Virus record (IMG/VR): IMGVR_UViG_3300047471_000949
Reading direction: 5' to 3' (one strand)
DNA from: a virus
Lineage: Duplodnaviria; Heunggongvirae; Uroviricota; Caudoviricetes
Length of the DNA stretch: 64,000 nt
Both the position numbers and the translations under genes were made by a program. Below the pieces are notes generated by a model. It did not search any database, was not told the DNA's origin, and saw nothing but the letters and a program-made list of their open reading frames with translations. Numbering within the stretch: position 1 is the stretch's first letter; each line of letters starts with the position of its first letter. Of the stretch, positions 16,145 through 25,314 are shown piece after piece.

Positions 16145-16186
16145 ACAACAAGATTAAGATAACTTAAGATAAACCCAGGAGAAACT

Positions 16187-17227
16187 ATGATAAGCAACTT
16201 TCAAGAACTAAAAAATAACCGACAAGATCGTTTCGATCAACTCACCAAAAAACTCAATCAAATGTCCAAGGGCAACTTCTATAATGAAAATGAAGATAAC
16301 CGCTTTTGGAAACTAACCGTCGATAAGACCGGAAATGGCTATGCAGTCATCAGGTTCCTGCCAGAACCACAGGGCGAAGGCGAGCCGTTTGTTCAACTGT
16401 ATTCACACGCCTTCAAGGGACCCGGCGGCTGGTATATCGAAAACTCTCTGACCACCCGAACTAAGGATCGCCCCGAAGGTTCGGCGGACCCGCTCTCTGA
16501 GTATAACTCAAAGCGATGGGCGGAAGGAGAAAAGTCGGAGGGACGTCGATTTGTCTCAGGAGATTTTACTACCAAGCCGCCTACCCCCGGCTCCAAGCGA
16601 AAGAACGGCTATTATTCCAATATCTATGTGGTGGAAGATCAAACCAATCCGGCCAATAACGGCAAGGTGTTCCTGTTCAAGTATGGTCCTCGCATTATGG
16701 ATAAGATTGAAGAAGCGCAGAACCCGAAGTTCCCCGATGTGGAAAAGTTCAACCCGTTTGATCTATATACCGGAGCCAACTTTAAGCTGAAGGCTCGACT
16801 GGTCGAAGGACAACGTAACTATAACTCGTCAGAATGGGACCTGGTCGAGGGAGAATCTGGCGTCAAGAAGCCACGTGGAGCCCTATCATCCAACGAAGAT
16901 ATGCTGGAGACGATATGGAAGTCGGAATATTCGCTGCAAGAGATTGTAGCTCCTTCCAAGTTCAAGACCTATAATCAACTGAAAGAACGGTTGAACAAGG
17001 TGCTGGCGCTTGATAGAACCGGCAACTATGAGGTTGCTGAGGGACAGAGTGATCCGTGGAAATCCCCCGAAAAGGAGTATGATCACTCAGGGGAAAATGC
17101 CCAAGTATCCGCTCCATGGGAAGACGAAGGAAGAACTGCTCCGTTGGAAGCCGAGAAGCTTCCTGAGCTGGCTGCATCCGAAACCGAAGACGACCTCGAT
17201 TATTTTCGGAAGTTACGAGATTCGTGA
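16187..17227 (+). CDS. gp32: single-stranded DNA-binding protein gp32
   Basis: DNRFWKLTVDKTGNGYAVIRFLP...HAFKGPGGWYIENSLTT; acidic tail DDLDYFRKL. Confidence 0.97.
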   Translation: MISNFQELKNNRQDRFDQLTKKLNQMSKGNFYNENEDNRFWKLTVDKTGNGYAVIRFLPEPQGEGEPFVQLYSHAFKGPGGWYIENSLTTRTKDRPEGSADPLSEYNSKRWAEGEKSEGRRFVSGDFTTKPPTPGSKRKNGYYSNIYVVEDQTNPANNGKVFLFKYGPRIMDKIEEAQNPKFPDVEKFNPFDLYTGANFKLKARLVEGQRNYNSSEWDLVEGESGVKKPRGALSSNEDMLETIWKSEYSLQEIVAPSKFKTYNQLKERLNKVLALDRTGNYEVAEGQSDPWKSPEKEYDHSGENAQVSAPWEDEGRTAPLEAEKLPELAASETEDDLDYFRKLRDS

Positions 17228-17261
17228 GAGGATAAGAGACTAAAATCACTCTTGCGATGCG

Positions 17262-17316
17262 GAGAACAGGCGACCCGACCCGATGGGCCTAGAGGCAGCC
17301 TGTTCTCTTATTTTTT
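17262..17316 (+). terminator. intrinsic terminator with branched loop
   Basis: 10-bp stem GAGAACAGGC/GCCTGTTCTC followed by TTATTTTTT. Confidence 0.6.
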
Positions 17317-17327
17317 AGGAGAAGATT

Positions 17328-17732
17328 ATGATTAGCTGGCCCTGGACATCTAAAAGCCAACACAATAAAGAACTTGATCGAGCCTATCGGAACTCCCAGC
17401 TTGTCCTGGAAGCCGAAGTTAAAAAGCTTCAGGAGGAATATCACGAGCGCTGGGAACCGTTATTACAAAAGGCCATTCAACTAAAGCCCCGGCTAAATGC
17501 CCAACGTGATTCTTTCGTCCTGCATATCGGAATAGATCGATATATGGTCGAGATGGTTGCCTCGCATAATGATGAACACGTCTGGGAATATTTCGTGGAG
17601 GAAGTTGCCGTTCATCTAAAGCGACAGCTGCTTTCGCTAAACTTTTCCGGGCTATATCGGCTGGCGAGAGAAACCGAACATCGATATCCCACACAGCTCT
17701 GGCGCGGACCAGATAATATACCTCCCATCTAG
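17328..17732 (+). CDS. hypothetical protein
   Basis: 134-aa ORF, AGGAG SD. Confidence 0.7.
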   Translation: MISWPWTSKSQHNKELDRAYRNSQLVLEAEVKKLQEEYHERWEPLLQKAIQLKPRLNAQRDSFVLHIGIDRYMVEMVASHNDEHVWEYFVEEVAVHLKRQLLSLNFSGLYRLARETEHRYPTQLWRGPDNIPPI

Positions 17733-20700
17733 ACCGAACAGATTCCGATATTGTCGGGATCGTGCTTCTGTCCGCCCCCGTGGCTTCCCTGCGTTGCTGG
17801 CAACTGATCGGGATGATGTTGCGGATTGGGCGGAGAATGAGAGCGATCGCCTGATCTAACGTCGGTTGCCTGTCTCCGGGCCGGGTCGCGATGTGAACCT
17901 CCGTGGCTGGGAACCGCCGGAGCTACTGGCTGGTGGCCGGTAGTCATCCCCGGTTTTTTATGATCGGCCGCCGGTCCCCAACCTCCGGGAGGAGTGCTTG
18001 GTTTAGAATAATCTCCAAAACCTCCCGCCTTCGCTGCGGCTGCTCCGCGTTCCTTATCTCCCGTAGAAGCTGGATAAAGAGATTTTTCGGGGGGCTTGGT
18101 TTCTTTCAGTTGGGCCTGGTGTGGCCGATCCATTGCCGCCGGAGCCGGAACTGGTGATTCCCCAGCAAGACCGGTTCCCCCCGACATAAAGTTCTTGAAT
18201 TTTTGCCAGTGCGACGGCGGAGGCAGACTGTCGGGAAGTCCCCCGAATCTATCCCTTACCGTCGAAGCAGTATCGGGAAGTCCGCCAAAGCGATCCTGGA
18301 CAGTTGGCTGTTTGGTGGCAAACCGGGAAGTTATGTCTTCCCCTCCTGCTTTCATTCCGCCCTGCCAGTCGGTTGACGGGAATTTCTGGCGTTCTTCCGG
18401 GCTTAGCTTAGTAAGCAGCGAGCCATAGGGTTCGTCTGCTCCGTAGCCTTCTCTCGCGAGTCGTTGTTGCCGTTCGCGATACTCGCGGGCCCCCTTCATC
18501 TGCATATCTCCATATAGTTCCCCGTGGCTTTCGACAAATTGCCCGGAAGCTTTTTCCGCGGCATAGTTAGGATCACCTTGCGAACCCTGATCAGTAAAAC
18601 CTCTTACCAAATTACCTCCGGCTATGGCTGAATCAATGTCCCCGCTAATTACTCCAAAATCCGCTCCCCTCGCCATTCTAGGATTATCCAGCGAGGTTAT
18701 TTGGTGTTTAAGCGGTCCATAAAACTGATTATTTCCGGTTCGCGACAGATAGTCCCGTAGTGTTAAATTAGGGTCTTTTTGTTTCATCATATTCATCCGA
18801 TTAAATAACGATTCGGTAACTCGTTGGGCGTCGCCCTTCCCAGCTTGTTCGTGGGAAACTAGAGCAACTACTGCCTGACGAAGTTTTGGGTCTCTCTCCA
18901 GTTCGGCCTTGATCCAGCCACGTTCTCCGGCCAGATAATTTCCTTTTGTCCCGGCTGCTGGCTGGGAATCTCCGAGAAGTTGAGAGGCCGGAGAATAACG
19001 TTTATCCCCAGTATAGGGATTAAACTTCCCGGACTGCCCAGGATGTGGCATTTGCAGGGTTTCTCCGAGCGAAGCTCGGCCTGAGCTACCCCTAACATCT
19101 TCGATATTAGTAGACGGCCGAAAGCTAGAATACGCTCCCAGGTCAGAATGCATAGCATCTTGTTTTTTGGTCGTCTCCTTACGAGCCGCTAGGTCTTGAT
19201 CGCGTTTCCAACCAGCAAACTCGTGAGGATTAAATTTTCCAGGATGATCTGCCCGGAACGCGGCCATGTCGGCTTCAGAAATTGAATGATGGAGTGCAGG
19301 AAGATCAACAAGTTTTTGCCCGGACGAGGGCTGACCGGAAGTAGCCGTGAGCGCTCCCTGGGTTATCCCCGAGACATGATCATCGGTCAGCATTCCCAGC
19401 TTTCGAGCCATTGATAGCCGGCTGTTTCCGGCAATAACCTGATCCACTGCCGCCTGGGTTGCTGCGGAATCTCCGCCCTTCGCCGCATCCGAGATGGCTC
19501 GTATTTCTTTATCGGAAAGTTCCTTCGCAAGTTGGGGCGGAAGTGCAGCCTTTGCCGAGGAGAAAGCTTTATCTGAGGACATAGCTTTGCTTGCGGGGCT
19601 AGCATCCTTTGTGGCGTCGACTTTGGCAGCGGCTGGCGGACCAGCGGCAGCCGCTGCTCCTTTATAGTCAGCCTCGGCCTGTCCATGAATGGACTTTTTA
19701 TATTCGCCGAGTTCTTCAGAAGACATGCCGGATTGCCGGAACTGGCCCCTGGCGCCGCTTTCTGGATCATATCCGGCCATTGTCTGCGATGAACCTTGCA
19801 CCCACGGAGCCAGCCGCTGATAGTGCATCCGGTCACCATAACCAGCTGCCGATGATATCCAGGTTCCTCCCCAGATATACTTGTTGTCGGGATAAAGAAC
19901 TTTTCCGCGTTCGTTAACCGATTGATAAAGTTTTTCATATTCCTTGAAGCCGGGGCCGAAGCCGGTGTGCGGAATGGCTTTACCCTTGTCATCATAAATT
20001 CGAACATCCATCGCAACTCCGCCGGGATGATTGGTAGTTCCGGTTGATCGCGCATCGTGTCCGGAAATCATCTCAACTCGATAGCCGGGAGGTAAGTCTT
20101 TGGAAGATTCCTTGATTAGATGAACAAGAGAAGCATCGACTCCTTTGATCTGGCCTTGTTGGATGAAGAACCGCTCGGTGCCGGCTTTTAACGAGGCGGG
20201 ATCACCCTTGAATGCTCCAGGACCGCCTCCTTCGTAACCGCCAGTTCCAGTTCGGCGTGGAGCATCTGGCCCTCCTGGAGATACTCGTGAGAACGCGCCG
20301 GGGCCAACTCCGCGACGGAATGTCGGTCCTCCTGGAACTGCTCCAGTTCCACGCCCTCCCTCACCTTCTCCCCTCCCGCTAAAGTCGGGTTGTCTTCCGG
20401 CAGTAATCGACTTCATCCATTCGATCAGATCAGTTCCTGTAGCTCCTTCAGGAGGTCCGTAGGTTGAACCAAACAGCGAAGGTCCGCCAGTTTGTTGTTG
20501 GCTTCCTTGTTGTGTTGCTAAAGGCGCAAGTATATCGGGAGTGGTCTTTCTAGTAGCCGGGGTGACCTCTCCCTTCCCAAACATCTTCGATAACAGCTGG
20601 GGAAGAACAGGACCGATTGAGCCTTGGGGTTTTCCTCCTCCGCCTGGAGCGGCTGGAGCTGGAGCGGCTGGCCCGGCTGGCTTATTGCCAAAAATTGGTC

Positions 20701-21808
20701 CGAGAATCGGATGGTTTTTGTAAAAATCTTCAGCTCCTTGTCTTGAGAATAACGAACCCAGTGTAGAATCGATCTTATCCTTTTTTGGCTCGGTTCGCTG
20801 AGCTGGTCCTGAAGGAGGAACTGTAGGTCGGCTGGAAGGTTCGCTACCCGGCGGTCCAGTATCCTCCGGCCCATAGTCAAAACCTAAACGTCTTCCTAGC
20901 TCCTGGGTTTTTCGTTTTAACGAACCTGGAGAAACAACAGCTCCGGAATTGAAATAAACCGACCATTCTGGATGTTTTGACAACATGTCACGGACTGCAT
21001 GCTGGGCGGCTCCCTCCGCCCCCTCAGTCTTCGCCCATTCGCGAATCTGAGGCATCATATCATCCATTTCTTTTTCAATTTCTTTATGATATTTTACATA
21101 TTCTATTCCATGAACGGCTAGAGCCCCTAGAAAAGCTCCAGGAAAGGCGTTCAGCAGGCCAGAAGTGGCGGTGACGGCGAGGCCGGCCAGCTTGGAAGCC
21201 AGCGCGCCGCCCAGCGCTCCCTCGGCTACATCTTTTATACGAGAATGGCTATCTTTATCGTTGTCGCGATCAGCATCTTTTCGGTCATCATCCTGTTCAG
21301 TGGCTGCCTTTTTTTTAGAGGAGGTGATATCTTCCTTTAGCGAAGCGATGGTTTTATCAAAACGCGATAACCGGCTATCCAGCGATTTGTATTCCCGTTC
21401 CATCCGGTCAGAACGTTGAACAATTTTAGTAAGCGAGGCATCCTGGGATTTTAATTTAGCCTGGACATACTCAAACGAGGCAAGGGTGTTCTTATTGACT
21501 ACCCCAATATAATCGATTATTGAACCGTGTAAGCGTTCGAGGTTTTTTACCAAGTCATCGCCGGATAGTCGAAACGCAGGTTTTCCAGCCTTTTCAAGAT
21601 AAGGCGCCTTTATATCAACTTTCGACGGGTCTTCTGAGGGAGCCCGATCTGGCTGATGTTCGGGGTCGTCCGGTTCGGTGGGGTCTGTTGGATGAAAGCT
21701 ATCAGCCGAAAAAGTTGTCGAGGAGGGTTCTGGACTCCCCAGGTTTTTTGCGATAAGTCCTATCGCCTCGGCACCTTTTCGAATCAGCGCGGCCCCTGTA
21801 TCGGACAT
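17729..21808 (-). CDS. tape-measure/baseplate-hub-like (gp29-like) protein with peptidase M15 and cell-wall hydrolase domains
   Basis: position after gp26/gp51; N-terminal coiled coil and TM-like segment; SGHDAR...HPGGVAMD...WGGTW...DRMHYQ; LVSHE...VTESLFNR. Confidence 0.7.
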   Translation of the reverse strand: MSDTGAALIRKGAEAIGLIAKNLGSPEPSSTTFSADSFHPTDPTEPDDPEHQPDRAPSEDPSKVDIKAPYLEKAGKPAFRLSGDDLVKNLERLHGSIIDYIGVVNKNTLASFEYVQAKLKSQDASLTKIVQRSDRMEREYKSLDSRLSRFDKTIASLKEDITSSKKKAATEQDDDRKDADRDNDKDSHSRIKDVAEGALGGALASKLAGLAVTATSGLLNAFPGAFLGALAVHGIEYVKYHKEIEKEMDDMMPQIREWAKTEGAEGAAQHAVRDMLSKHPEWSVYFNSGAVVSPGSLKRKTQELGRRLGFDYGPEDTGPPGSEPSSRPTVPPSGPAQRTEPKKDKIDSTLGSLFSRQGAEDFYKNHPILGPIFGNKPAGPAAPAPAAPGGGGKPQGSIGPVLPQLLSKMFGKGEVTPATRKTTPDILAPLATQQGSQQQTGGPSLFGSTYGPPEGATGTDLIEWMKSITAGRQPDFSGRGEGEGGRGTGAVPGGPTFRRGVGPGAFSRVSPGGPDAPRRTGTGGYEGGGPGAFKGDPASLKAGTERFFIQQGQIKGVDASLVHLIKESSKDLPPGYRVEMISGHDARSTGTTNHPGGVAMDVRIYDDKGKAIPHTGFGPGFKEYEKLYQSVNERGKVLYPDNKYIWGGTWISSAAGYGDRMHYQRLAPWVQGSSQTMAGYDPESGARGQFRQSGMSSEELGEYKKSIHGQAEADYKGAAAAAGPPAAAKVDATKDASPASKAMSSDKAFSSAKAALPPQLAKELSDKEIRAISDAAKGGDSAATQAAVDQVIAGNSRLSMARKLGMLTDDHVSGITQGALTATSGQPSSGQKLVDLPALHHSISEADMAAFRADHPGKFNPHEFAGWKRDQDLAARKETTKKQDAMHSDLGAYSSFRPSTNIEDVRGSSGRASLGETLQMPHPGQSGKFNPYTGDKRYSPASQLLGDSQPAAGTKGNYLAGERGWIKAELERDPKLRQAVVALVSHEQAGKGDAQRVTESLFNRMNMMKQKDPNLTLRDYLSRTGNNQFYGPLKHQITSLDNPRMARGADFGVISGDIDSAIAGGNLVRGFTDQGSQGDPNYAAEKASGQFVESHGELYGDMQMKGAREYRERQQRLAREGYGADEPYGSLLTKLSPEERQKFPSTDWQGGMKAGGEDITSRFATKQPTVQDRFGGLPDTASTVRDRFGGLPDSLPPPSHWQKFKNFMSGGTGLAGESPVPAPAAMDRPHQAQLKETKPPEKSLYPASTGDKERGAAAAKAGGFGDYSKPSTPPGGWGPAADHKKPGMTTGHQPVAPAVPSHGGSHRDPARRQATDVRSGDRSHSPPNPQHHPDQLPATQGSHGGGQKHDPDNIGICSV

Positions 21809-21813
21809 AAGGT

Positions 21814-21830
21814 TATTTAGATCATAAATA
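21814..21830. promoter_or_regulatory. back-to-back divergent late promoters
   Basis: TCTAAATA (-) and CATAAATA (+) separated by 1 nt. Confidence 0.65.
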
Positions 21831-21834
21831 GCCG

Positions 21835-22080
21835 ATGATCAAAAGCTATCGAGAAGTTATCAAAGAATTCTCTAACGAACAAAACAAGAAACAAGTTAGA
21901 CGTGGGTTCCGGTTGGGTGCGTTAGGTGCGCTGGCTGGAGGCGCGCTTGGAGCCATGGGAGGAGGAATTCCTGGAGCGCTTGGCGGAGCCGCGCTTGGAG
22001 GAGGTATTGTCACCGGCATTGCTCATGATGTTTCGGCCTGGCGAAATCGTCGTCGCGACAAAGTTCGGCTATCTAAGTAG
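21835..22080 (+). CDS. glycine-zipper protein with capsid-targeting-like leader
   Basis: MIKSYREVIKE resembles T4 CTS MKTYQEFIAE; tandem GxxxG run. Confidence 0.7.
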   Translation: MIKSYREVIKEFSNEQNKKQVRRGFRLGALGALAGGALGAMGGGIPGALGGAALGGGIVTGIAHDVSAWRNRRRDKVRLSK

Positions 22081-22084
22081 AATA

Positions 22085-22270
22085 TTAGTCGCCCAGCGCC
22101 AGTCCTGAATTTTTAGCAGCTTCTTCCTCGATAGCGTTTGCGATCTGTTCCTTGAGCAGGTCCAGTTCGAACACTACCATATTTTCCAATTCAGCTATCG
22201 AATACTTATGATAGTAACTAAGTTCAAAAATTGTCTTATAGTACGCCTGTAGAGTCCGTCCGGCCGTCAG
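22085..22270 (-). CDS. gp51: gp51-like baseplate/tail assembly protein, no canonical start (probable -1 frameshift extension of gp26)
   Basis: LQAYYKTIFELSYYHKYSIAELENMVVFE matches the gp51-like motif; missing from the ORF track. Confidence 0.8.
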   Translation of the reverse strand: MTAGRTLQAYYKTIFELSYYHKYSIAELENMVVFELDLLKEQIANAIEEEAAKNSGLALGD

Positions 22271-23085
22271 AACGAAAAAAAATCTGATAGCTTATCTAAG
22301 ACTATCTTCCTTTCGCTGCCCTTCTTATTCTTATATTCGATAACATAATGCAGATGTGGCAACTTTTCCAGGAATTCCCTTATCTTATCATAAACAGCGA
22401 TTGGTAGCTCATCCAGAAACTCCTTGACTTCGGCTACTGGTAAGTCCTTGGGTCTCGAAACGACTCCATTGGCCTCGATAGATTCCAGTGAGTTCTGGAT
22501 CAGCAGTTCCACCAGTTTTTCTCCGGAAGCCGCGAGAAACTCGGCATTGGTATAAAGCGACGCATCTGGATACTTCATCCGAACCGTAATATTGTTGTTG
22601 GGGATTGTTATAAGCGGAGAAATCCCTTCCGGCCAGACAACCTCGACCTTGTTCAGGTCTATGTCGAAGCTATACGAAGCTGGTTCTTTCGGAAGATCAT
22701 TTCTGGAAGCTGCTTTCTGAACCAGTTCGGGTTGGTTTTTCCAATTCTCGACCGCCTCATAATACTCAGCCATTTCCTCGTTATCCTGATAGGTGGCCTG
22801 GATTATATTAGAAACCGAAAGCGCGCGAAGCTTGATAAAAGCCGCCTCGATATCGAACAGTGCCAACTCTTCCACCTTGATTCCAGGAGTTACGATGGCA
22901 TTGTTGATAACTTGCTTGATTCCATTCAGAATCTCGATATTCCGTTCTTCTGGGGACCCGGTCGACTCCTTTGCCGTAAGCAATATCTTCTCGTCCTTCG
23001 CCCGAAGCTGGCGTAACTTTATTACTGTTTTAGTCGACGGAATGGTAAAATCATAGAGAATAGAATCGATCTTAGGCAGGATCAT
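22267..23085 (-). CDS. gp26: baseplate hub assembly protein gp26
   Basis: MILPKI...FTIPST...EKILLTAKES...LFDIE..FIKLRALSV; ends LSDFFSF. Confidence 0.9.
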   Translation of the reverse strand: MILPKIDSILYDFTIPSTKTVIKLRQLRAKDEKILLTAKESTGSPEERNIEILNGIKQVINNAIVTPGIKVEELALFDIEAAFIKLRALSVSNIIQATYQDNEEMAEYYEAVENWKNQPELVQKAASRNDLPKEPASYSFDIDLNKVEVVWPEGISPLITIPNNNITVRMKYPDASLYTNAEFLAASGEKLVELLIQNSLESIEANGVVSRPKDLPVAEVKEFLDELPIAVYDKIREFLEKLPHLHYVIEYKNKKGSERKIVLDKLSDFFSF

Positions 23086-23102
23086 AACAAAAACTCCACT
23101 TC

Positions 23103-23546
23103 TTATTTATACATATCCATGAGTTTTTTATAGGCATCTTCAGTCATTCCAGAAGTTTGAGAGTCGACATTTTGCCAAAGAGCGTCGAAAAGCTTGTCCT
23201 TATATTCGATGCGTTTTTTGTCTATTTCTTTTAAAGTGCAGTCGGACTCTGGTGCGCCCCATTTGATTGAATTGTCAGGTTCAATATTCTTAGTAACTAA
23301 GGAAAAATCCGCTTCAAGCGGAGATTCGTAAATTATTTGAGTAGTTTCAATACGTTCCAGGATATCGTCGACAAAATCCTGAGGAAAATTAAAGAGTTTT
23401 GCCACCGTCTTGAACATTTCCACCACAGGGTCATAATCTGCCTTATTATCTGTGGGGTCATGATGGAGAATAGTTCGGAAATCTGCATAAAGTTCTGACA
23501 GTTCTGGCATTTTCTCAGACTTCTTAGCTTTTTTGATGATTTTCAT
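23103..23546 (-). CDS. hypothetical acidic protein
   Basis: 147-aa ORF, GGGAG SD. Confidence 0.7.
   Translation of the reverse strand: MKIIKKAKKSEKMPELSELYADFRTILHHDPTDNKADYDPVVEMFKTVAKLFNFPQDFVDDILERIETTQIIYESPLEADFSLVTKNIEPDNSIKWGAPESDCTLKEIDKKRIEYKDKLFDALWQNVDSQTSGMTEDAYKKLMDMYK
23104..23111 (-). promoter_or_regulatory. T4-type late promoter
   Basis: exact TATAAATA on the minus strand before gp26. Confidence 0.75.
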
Positions 23547-23640
23547 AGTTTTTTCTCCCTATTATAGGTCAATACTACTGACCTATATTGGTTTCCGGCA
23601 GTTTCACGAAAGCTAGTTGTAAAACTCAATAATTTCAACT

Positions 23641-23862
23641 TTAGATTGCTTCATCTTTTGCTTCATACATATTTAGCCCGAATCCAGCCAACTCTAGATC
23701 ATCCTCATAAAGAGTAAGCATTTCTTCCACCTCGTTCAGTTCTTCCATAGTCATTTCAAGTGAGAGTTCGAAGAGGGTTGCTATAGCTTCCAGATAGCGT
23801 TCAACTCTGGTTAATGACGGTTGTATCGCGCGGCTGCTTTTAGCTTTTACTATTTTTTTCAT
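23641..23862 (-). CDS. hypothetical acidic protein
   Basis: 73-aa ORF, ATGA-coupled to gp54. Confidence 0.65.
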   Translation of the reverse strand: MKKIVKAKSSRAIQPSLTRVERYLEAIATLFELSLEMTMEELNEVEEMLTLYEDDLELAGFGLNMYEAKDEAI

Positions 23863-24584
23863 GTCTTATTCTCCGTTTGGTTTATTATTGTGGGGGTTCC
23901 GCTGGTTTGAGGTGCATTGCTTCCTGCAGATATTCCTGCGGGGACTCCTGCTCCAGCCCCTCCAAAGGCTGTGGCGGGAAGCGGTTGTCCCTCCTCGACC
24001 TTTTCTCGATACCAATCCATATAGGTGAATATTACAGTTAGCTTAAGAATATCACGAGTTGATGACCAAGTCAAGGCAATAGATGGAATCTGGAGCGGAT
24101 ACATTCTGCGAGGATGCCAGGTCTGAACCTCATCTCCAAATCCATTCAGCAGCGTGATCATTCCATCCACCACATAATCATCCTTATAGGCAAACTCATA
24201 GGGGTAAACTCCATCAGCAGAGGGAGAGACAATTCCTCCCTTCATATTAAAGTTGTTGACGAGGTTTGCCCAATCATGAAAGAAGCGGAGATTGTCTCCA
24301 GCTGCATCCGCATAAAAAACTACCTGTATCTCCTGAAAATTGGGGAAGATCGGCTTTTGCTCGGAGGCTCCATAACCATAGCGAAGGATATTGACTGTCG
24401 TAAAACCTACTCCAACAAACTGAATGGATTCCGCATAGAACTCGAGAAACCGTGAGATATTGTAATAGGTTCCGAACGGATTGAGTCCCAGCGGAATGGG
24501 AAACCGGATGCGATAGCGATCAGGCTTGGCGAAGCCTCCCGCGACTACCGAACGAAATTGATTGATATCAAACTGTGCAGGCAT
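23859..24584 (-). CDS. gp54: baseplate tail-tube initiator (gp54/gp19-like fold)
   Basis: FDINQFRSVVAGGFAKPDRYRIRF...YGYG...IQVVFYAD. Confidence 0.75.
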   Translation of the reverse strand: MPAQFDINQFRSVVAGGFAKPDRYRIRFPIPLGLNPFGTYYNISRFLEFYAESIQFVGVGFTTVNILRYGYGASEQKPIFPNFQEIQVVFYADAAGDNLRFFHDWANLVNNFNMKGGIVSPSADGVYPYEFAYKDDYVVDGMITLLNGFGDEVQTWHPRRMYPLQIPSIALTWSSTRDILKLTVIFTYMDWYREKVEEGQPLPATAFGGAGAGVPAGISAGSNAPQTSGTPTIINQTENKT

Positions 24585-24603
24585 TTATGTGACTATTTAG
24601 GTC

Positions 24604-25314
24604 TCAGCGATCATGAAACGCTGCCTTCCTTATTGTATTAACTGAATCTTGCCAAACATGGTATTCAGAAGACTTCATAAAATTGGCCAACGGCATAAAG
24701 AGAACTGAATTCCACTTGGGCGGGGAAATAACCATAAGTCGTGATCGAATATTAGAAAGTAGATACTTTTTGATACACGGACGAAAGTAGGCATACTTGG
24801 ATGATCCCGAAAGGATTTTATAGGAAATGATCAGGCGAGTGTGTTCGTCGGCTCGGTGTGTCGAGACAACTGACGATAGTGCCATCATCAGCCTTGCGCG
24901 TTCGACCGGAGGCAGATAATGCATGTTCATTCCAGTCATGGAGTTACCCGCGATTGTAAACGGAAACACCAGGGGAAAAGTATCGTAGTAGGGCAGCGTT
25001 CCCTTCCCCTTCGGATCATAATTGAAGAAGATCATCTGTCCAATCATTCGTCGGTTGACCTGGGATGTTGTCTCCTGCGCATTCTCCATGACCTGTTTGC
25101 GAGCCTCGGACGGGGTAATGCTATCTTTTTTAGCGGCAGCAGTAGCTAATGCATCGGCCGAGGAGGGGGCCGTAGTCTTCTTGGTCTGTTCGGCGGCTTG
25201 TCCTTGCCGGGCAAGTTCTCGTATCTGGGAGAGGTAGAACTCGAGTGAACCTTTTCCTGAGGCGGAATGTTCGCGTCGAAGTCGAGCGATATAGTCCTCG
25301 AGTGACTCAGCCAC
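24604..25314 (-). CDS. gp2: DNA end protector protein gp2
   Basis: FFNYDPK...LPYYDTFPLVFP...GMNMHYLPP. Confidence 0.9.
   Translation of the reverse strand: MAESLEDYIARLRREHSASGKGSLEFYLSQIRELARQGQAAEQTKKTTAPSSADALATAAAKKDSITPSEARKQVMENAQETTSQVNRRMIGQMIFFNYDPKGKGTLPYYDTFPLVFPFTIAGNSMTGMNMHYLPPVERARLMMALSSVVSTHRADEHTRLIISYKILSGSSKYAYFRPCIKKYLLSNIRSRLMVISPPKWNSVLFMPLANFMKSSEYHVWQDSVNTIRKAAFHDR

Noticed and set aside
16154-16170. CtrA box upstream of gp32
   Set aside because: TTAA half-sites are 6 nt apart, not the canonical 7.
17903-21756. Plus-strand ORFs inside the tape-measure-like gene, and similar antisense or alternate-frame ORFs across the window
   Set aside because: Shadow ORFs of well-supported genes, with no SD, promoter or recognisable motif.
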